64,000 bases of DNA from Blastocatellia bacterium. Lineage in GTDB: Bacteria; Acidobacteriota; Blastocatellia; UBA7656. Each line of letters starts with the position of its first letter. The stretch's first letter is position 1. Of this stretch, positions 60,696-64,000 are shown in pieces. The DNA lies in contig CAVXWP010000009.1 of assembly GCA_963765495.1 (NCBI GenBank), forward strand, positions 448,001 to 512,000, given 5' to 3'. A program made the translations under genes and the position numbers. Below the pieces are notes generated by a model. That model ran no database searches and had not been told where the DNA came from. It saw only the letters and a list, made by a program, of their open reading frames with translations.

Positions 60696-61706
60696 ATGAA
60701 AGCTATTGAAATTCGGGGCGGGTTCGGGCTGGAGAACCTGACGATCACCGAACGGCCTGAACCTGAGCCCGGCCCCGGGCAGGTGCTCATCAAGGTGCAG
60801 GCGACCTCGCTGAATTATCGAGACCTGATGACAGTCGAGGGCACATACAACCCAAAGCAGAAGCTCCCGCTCATCCCGCTTTCGGATGGAGCCGGCGAAG
60901 TAGTGGCCGTCGGAGAAGGCGTCACGCGAGTCAAAACGGGCGACCGGGTGGCAGGCATCTTCTCGCAGAAATGGCTTTCGGGCGAGCCTGCGCGCGATAA
61001 GCTGAGGTCTTCGCTTGGCGGCCCTTACGACGGCATGCTGGTCGAGTACAAAGTGCTGAACGAAGCGGGTGTTGTCCACATACCCGATCACCTGAGCTAT
61101 GAAGAAGCGGCCACTCTCCCCTGCGCAGGCGTGACGGCCTGGAACGCTATCATCACTCAAGGCGGAGTGAAGGCGGGCAGCACCGTACTCGTGCAGGGCA
61201 CGGGAGGCGTTTCGCTATTTGCTCTCCAATTTGCCTCGATGGTCGGGGCCAGGGTCATCGTTACTTCGAGCAGCGATGAAAAGCTTGAGCGCGCGCTAAG
61301 GCTTGGCGCAACCGACGGCATCAACTACAAAACCACGCCGGATTGGGATAAGCGGGCGCGGGAACTGACCGGCGGCACTGGCGTTGACCACATCGTTGAA
61401 GTAGGCGGCGCGGGGACGCTTGCCAGATCGCTGAACGCGGTTCGCATCGGAGGCCACATAAGCATGATCGGAGTGCTTGCGGGCACTACAACAGACCTGA
61501 GCGTAATACCCATCCTGATGTACAACATCCGTATTCAAGGCATTATGGTCGGTAACCGTGACATGTTTGAGGATATGAACCGCGCAATCGCGCTTCACCA
61601 GATGAAGCCTGTAGTCGATAAGGTCTTCCCGTTTGAGCAAACGCGCGAAGCCCTCGAATACATGGCCAGCGGCGCTCACTTCGGCAAAATCTGCATACGG
61701 CTTTGA
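60696..61706 (+). CDS. MDR-family NAD(P)-dependent alcohol dehydrogenase-like protein
   Basis: SLNYRD, PLSDGAGEV, GTGGVS, HFGKI. Confidence 0.93.
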   Translation: MKAIEIRGGFGLENLTITERPEPEPGPGQVLIKVQATSLNYRDLMTVEGTYNPKQKLPLIPLSDGAGEVVAVGEGVTRVKTGDRVAGIFSQKWLSGEPARDKLRSSLGGPYDGMLVEYKVLNEAGVVHIPDHLSYEEAATLPCAGVTAWNAIITQGGVKAGSTVLVQGTGGVSLFALQFASMVGARVIVTSSSDEKLERALRLGATDGINYKTTPDWDKRARELTGGTGVDHIVEVGGAGTLARSLNAVRIGGHISMIGVLAGTTTDLSVIPILMYNIRIQGIMVGNRDMFEDMNRAIALHQMKPVVDKVFPFEQTREALEYMASGAHFGKICIRL

Positions 61707-61767
61707 CCAGGTTTGAGCTACACTATGTCGCCTCCCGTCCGGCGAGAGGCTACACAGGAGAAATGAC

Positions 61768-62736
61768 ATGAGAGCGATTCGAGTTCACGAGTTCGGCGAT
61801 GCGGACGTATTGCGATTGGAGGAGGTTCCTGACCCGCAGCCGGGCGAAAACCAGGTGGTATTGCGAGTCCACGCAATCGGAGTAAATCCGGTTGACACAT
61901 ATATTCGCGCAGGAAGACACGTCGTAAAACCTGCGCTGCCCTACACTCCCGGCATGGACGCGGCGGGCGTGGTCGAATCAATCGGCGAAGGCGTTACGCG
62001 CGTGAAGGTCGGCGACCGGGTCTATGTCGGAGGTACGATCAGCGGCGCTTATGCCGAAAAGGCATTGTGCAAAGGGTCGCAGGTACATCCGCTGCCGGAG
62101 CGGGTCTCTCTTACCGAAGGCGCAGGAATCAATGTGCCTTATGCAACGGCTTATCGCGCGCTCTTTTGTCGCGGGGAAGCCCGGCCCGGCGAGACCGTTC
62201 TGGTGCACGGAGCGAGCGGAGGCGTGGGCACAGCGTCGGTGCAACTGGCGCGAGCCCGGGGGATGAGGGTCATCGGAACCGGCGGCACAGATGAAGGGCG
62301 AAAGCTTGTGGCGGAACAGGGAGCCGATCACGTGCTCGATCATCACGCGCCTGATTTTACGGATCAGATCGTGGGGTTGACCGGCGGGCGCGGAGTAGAT
62401 TTGATCCTGGAGATGCTCGCCAACGTCAACCTCAACAAAGACCTGACGATGATCGTTCCAAAGGGGCGCGTGGTTGTGATAGGCAGTCGCGGCTCGATAG
62501 AAATAGACCCGCGATTTATGATGACCCGTGATAGCAGTATTCTTGGCATGTCGCTTATGAACGCCTCCGAGAGCGAGCTTGCGAGCATTCACGCGGCGCT
62601 CTTCGCCGGTCTGGAAAACGGCTCTTTGCGACCGATAGTCGGCAAAGAATTTCCTTTTGAAGAAGCACAGCAGGCGCATAAGGCCGTACTGGAGCCCGGC
62701 GCTTACGGCAAGATAGTTCTAAGAATTGATGCGTGA
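61768..62736 (+). CDS. qor: NADPH:quinone reductase (zeta-crystallin-like)
   Basis: GVNPVDTYIRAG, PYTPGMD, HGASGGVG. Confidence 0.9.
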   Translation: MRAIRVHEFGDADVLRLEEVPDPQPGENQVVLRVHAIGVNPVDTYIRAGRHVVKPALPYTPGMDAAGVVESIGEGVTRVKVGDRVYVGGTISGAYAEKALCKGSQVHPLPERVSLTEGAGINVPYATAYRALFCRGEARPGETVLVHGASGGVGTASVQLARARGMRVIGTGGTDEGRKLVAEQGADHVLDHHAPDFTDQIVGLTGGRGVDLILEMLANVNLNKDLTMIVPKGRVVVIGSRGSIEIDPRFMMTRDSSILGMSLMNASESELASIHAALFAGLENGSLRPIVGKEFPFEEAQQAHKAVLEPGAYGKIVLRIDA

Positions 62737-62837
62737 TGGCGTGAAGCGTGATGCGTGATTATCAGCTTGATGGCTGTCTATAGGTTCATTACTTATTTCA
62801 CGAATCACGCTTCACGCTTCACGTTTCACGCTTCACG
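62727..62837. repeat. Inverted heptamer element (CGTGATG family)
   Basis: Overlaps the qor stop codon; spacer homologous to that at 807-883. Confidence 0.88.
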
Positions 62838-62861
62838 TGCTGTATTGAGGTGAGAGCGTAG

Positions 62862-63986
62862 ATGGCAAATTTGCTGATCATTACAGGGTTCGCCGCCATT
62901 CTCGTAGTCGTATGGGATGCCTTCGAGACCATAGTTCTGCCTCGGCGTGTGGCGCGCAGGTTCAGGTTGACGAGGGCATTCTACCGCGCCACGTGGGTTC
63001 CGGCCTCGGCAGTGGCGCGCCGAATGCCCGGAGGGAAACGCCGCGAAAGGTATCTCGGAGTATTTGGTCCTCTCTCGCTGATAATGCTGCTTGTATTCTG
63101 GGCGCTGGGGTTGATCTTCGGATTCACGCTCATCCACTGGGCATCGGGCACTCCGCTAAACATTGCCGATCATGATGCGACCTTTGGGACCTATTTCTAT
63201 CTGAGCGGGACGACATTTTTTACGCTCGGATTTGGCGACATAACCCCGGTAAACTCTTTTGGGCGGATGCTGGCTGTCTGTGAATCGGGGACGGGGTTCG
63301 GGCTATTGGCCATCGTAATCGGCTATCTGCCGGTAATGTATCAGGCTTTTTCGCGGCGCGAGGTCAACATCTCTATGCTGGATGCAAGGGCCGGTTCGCC
63401 GCCGAGCGCGTTTGAATTGCTGCGCAGGCACAATCACGACGGCGGGATGGAGGACCTCGATCTATTGTTGCGCGACTGGGAACGGTGGGCAGCCGAATTG
63501 CTTGAAAGCCATCTTTCATATCCGGTGCTCTGTTTTTTCCGCTCACAGCACGATAATCAATCGTGGCTCGCGGCCCTGACGACCATCCTCGACACAAGCG
63601 CGCTTGTCATTGCCGGAATTGACGGAAAATCGGCCCGGCAGGCGCAATTGACCTTTGCTATGGCGCGTCACGCCGTAGTCGATCTGGCCCAAATATTCAA
63701 CACGCCGCCGTGCGAGTATCCGTTTGATCGCCTGCCCGCGTCTGAGTTTAACAGCCTGCAAAGGAATATGCTTGCAAACAATATAGCGCTGGATGACGGC
63801 GATATGGTCGAAAAGAACCTGGCCGAGATTCGGAAAAAGTATGAGCCTTATGTAAAGGCGCTTGCCGATTACCTGCTTTTATCGCTCCCGCCCTGGAGCA
63901 CCGAAACAGAGGTAGACAACTGGCAAAAAAGCGCCTGGGATCGTATTACGGGAAGCCTCGCTTCTGCCGCCGGGTCGCGGGACTGA
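62862..63986 (+). CDS. Potassium channel family protein (Ion_trans_2) with long C-terminal domain
   Basis: TTFFTLGFGD selectivity filter flanked by TM helices. Confidence 0.88.
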   Translation: MANLLIITGFAAILVVVWDAFETIVLPRRVARRFRLTRAFYRATWVPASAVARRMPGGKRRERYLGVFGPLSLIMLLVFWALGLIFGFTLIHWASGTPLNIADHDATFGTYFYLSGTTFFTLGFGDITPVNSFGRMLAVCESGTGFGLLAIVIGYLPVMYQAFSRREVNISMLDARAGSPPSAFELLRRHNHDGGMEDLDLLLRDWERWAAELLESHLSYPVLCFFRSQHDNQSWLAALTTILDTSALVIAGIDGKSARQAQLTFAMARHAVVDLAQIFNTPPCEYPFDRLPASEFNSLQRNMLANNIALDDGDMVEKNLAEIRKKYEPYVKALADYLLLSLPPWSTETEVDNWQKSAWDRITGSLASAAGSRD

Positions 63987-64000
63987 ATTCGGCAAGAGAT

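Noticed and set aside
807-62837. Repeat arrays as CRISPR
   Set aside because: Units are 7-9 nt, tandem and inverted, with no unique spacers between direct repeats and no cas genes

Overview
Bacterial chromosomal window, moderately GC-rich. The gene content (TPR-tailed Hanks kinase, DUF1573 lipoprotein, short periodic inverted repeats) suggests Acidobacteriota, possibly Blastocatellia; this is inference only. Most of it is housekeeping or metabolic: aspS (partial), an acyl-CoA dehydrogenase pair, a B12 mutase with isobutyryl-CoA mutase signature residues, ttcA, an ATP-grasp/alpha-E/transglutaminase operon, pyk, peptide transport and peptidase, MoxR/DUF58/SpoIIM, holB and oxidoreductases. No rRNA, tRNA, CRISPR, integrase or transposase was seen. 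Best signals: (1) an accessory block at about 19.3-29.6 kb with two Crp/Fnr paralogues whose recognition helix is altered, plus six copies of a non-CRP palindrome TGTYY-N6-RNACA, each 21-22 nt upstream of a TAnnnT -10 box, suggesting a self-contained class II regulon; (2) a DUF1573 lipoprotein with an in-frame UGA at the conserved Cys (S-U-G-C) followed by hairpins, a probable selenoprotein; (3) an unannotated 51-aa metallothionein; (4) an antiporter gene carried inside a nested inverted/direct-repeat element; (5) several families of inverted 7/8/9-mer tandem-repeat elements, often sitting on stop codons.
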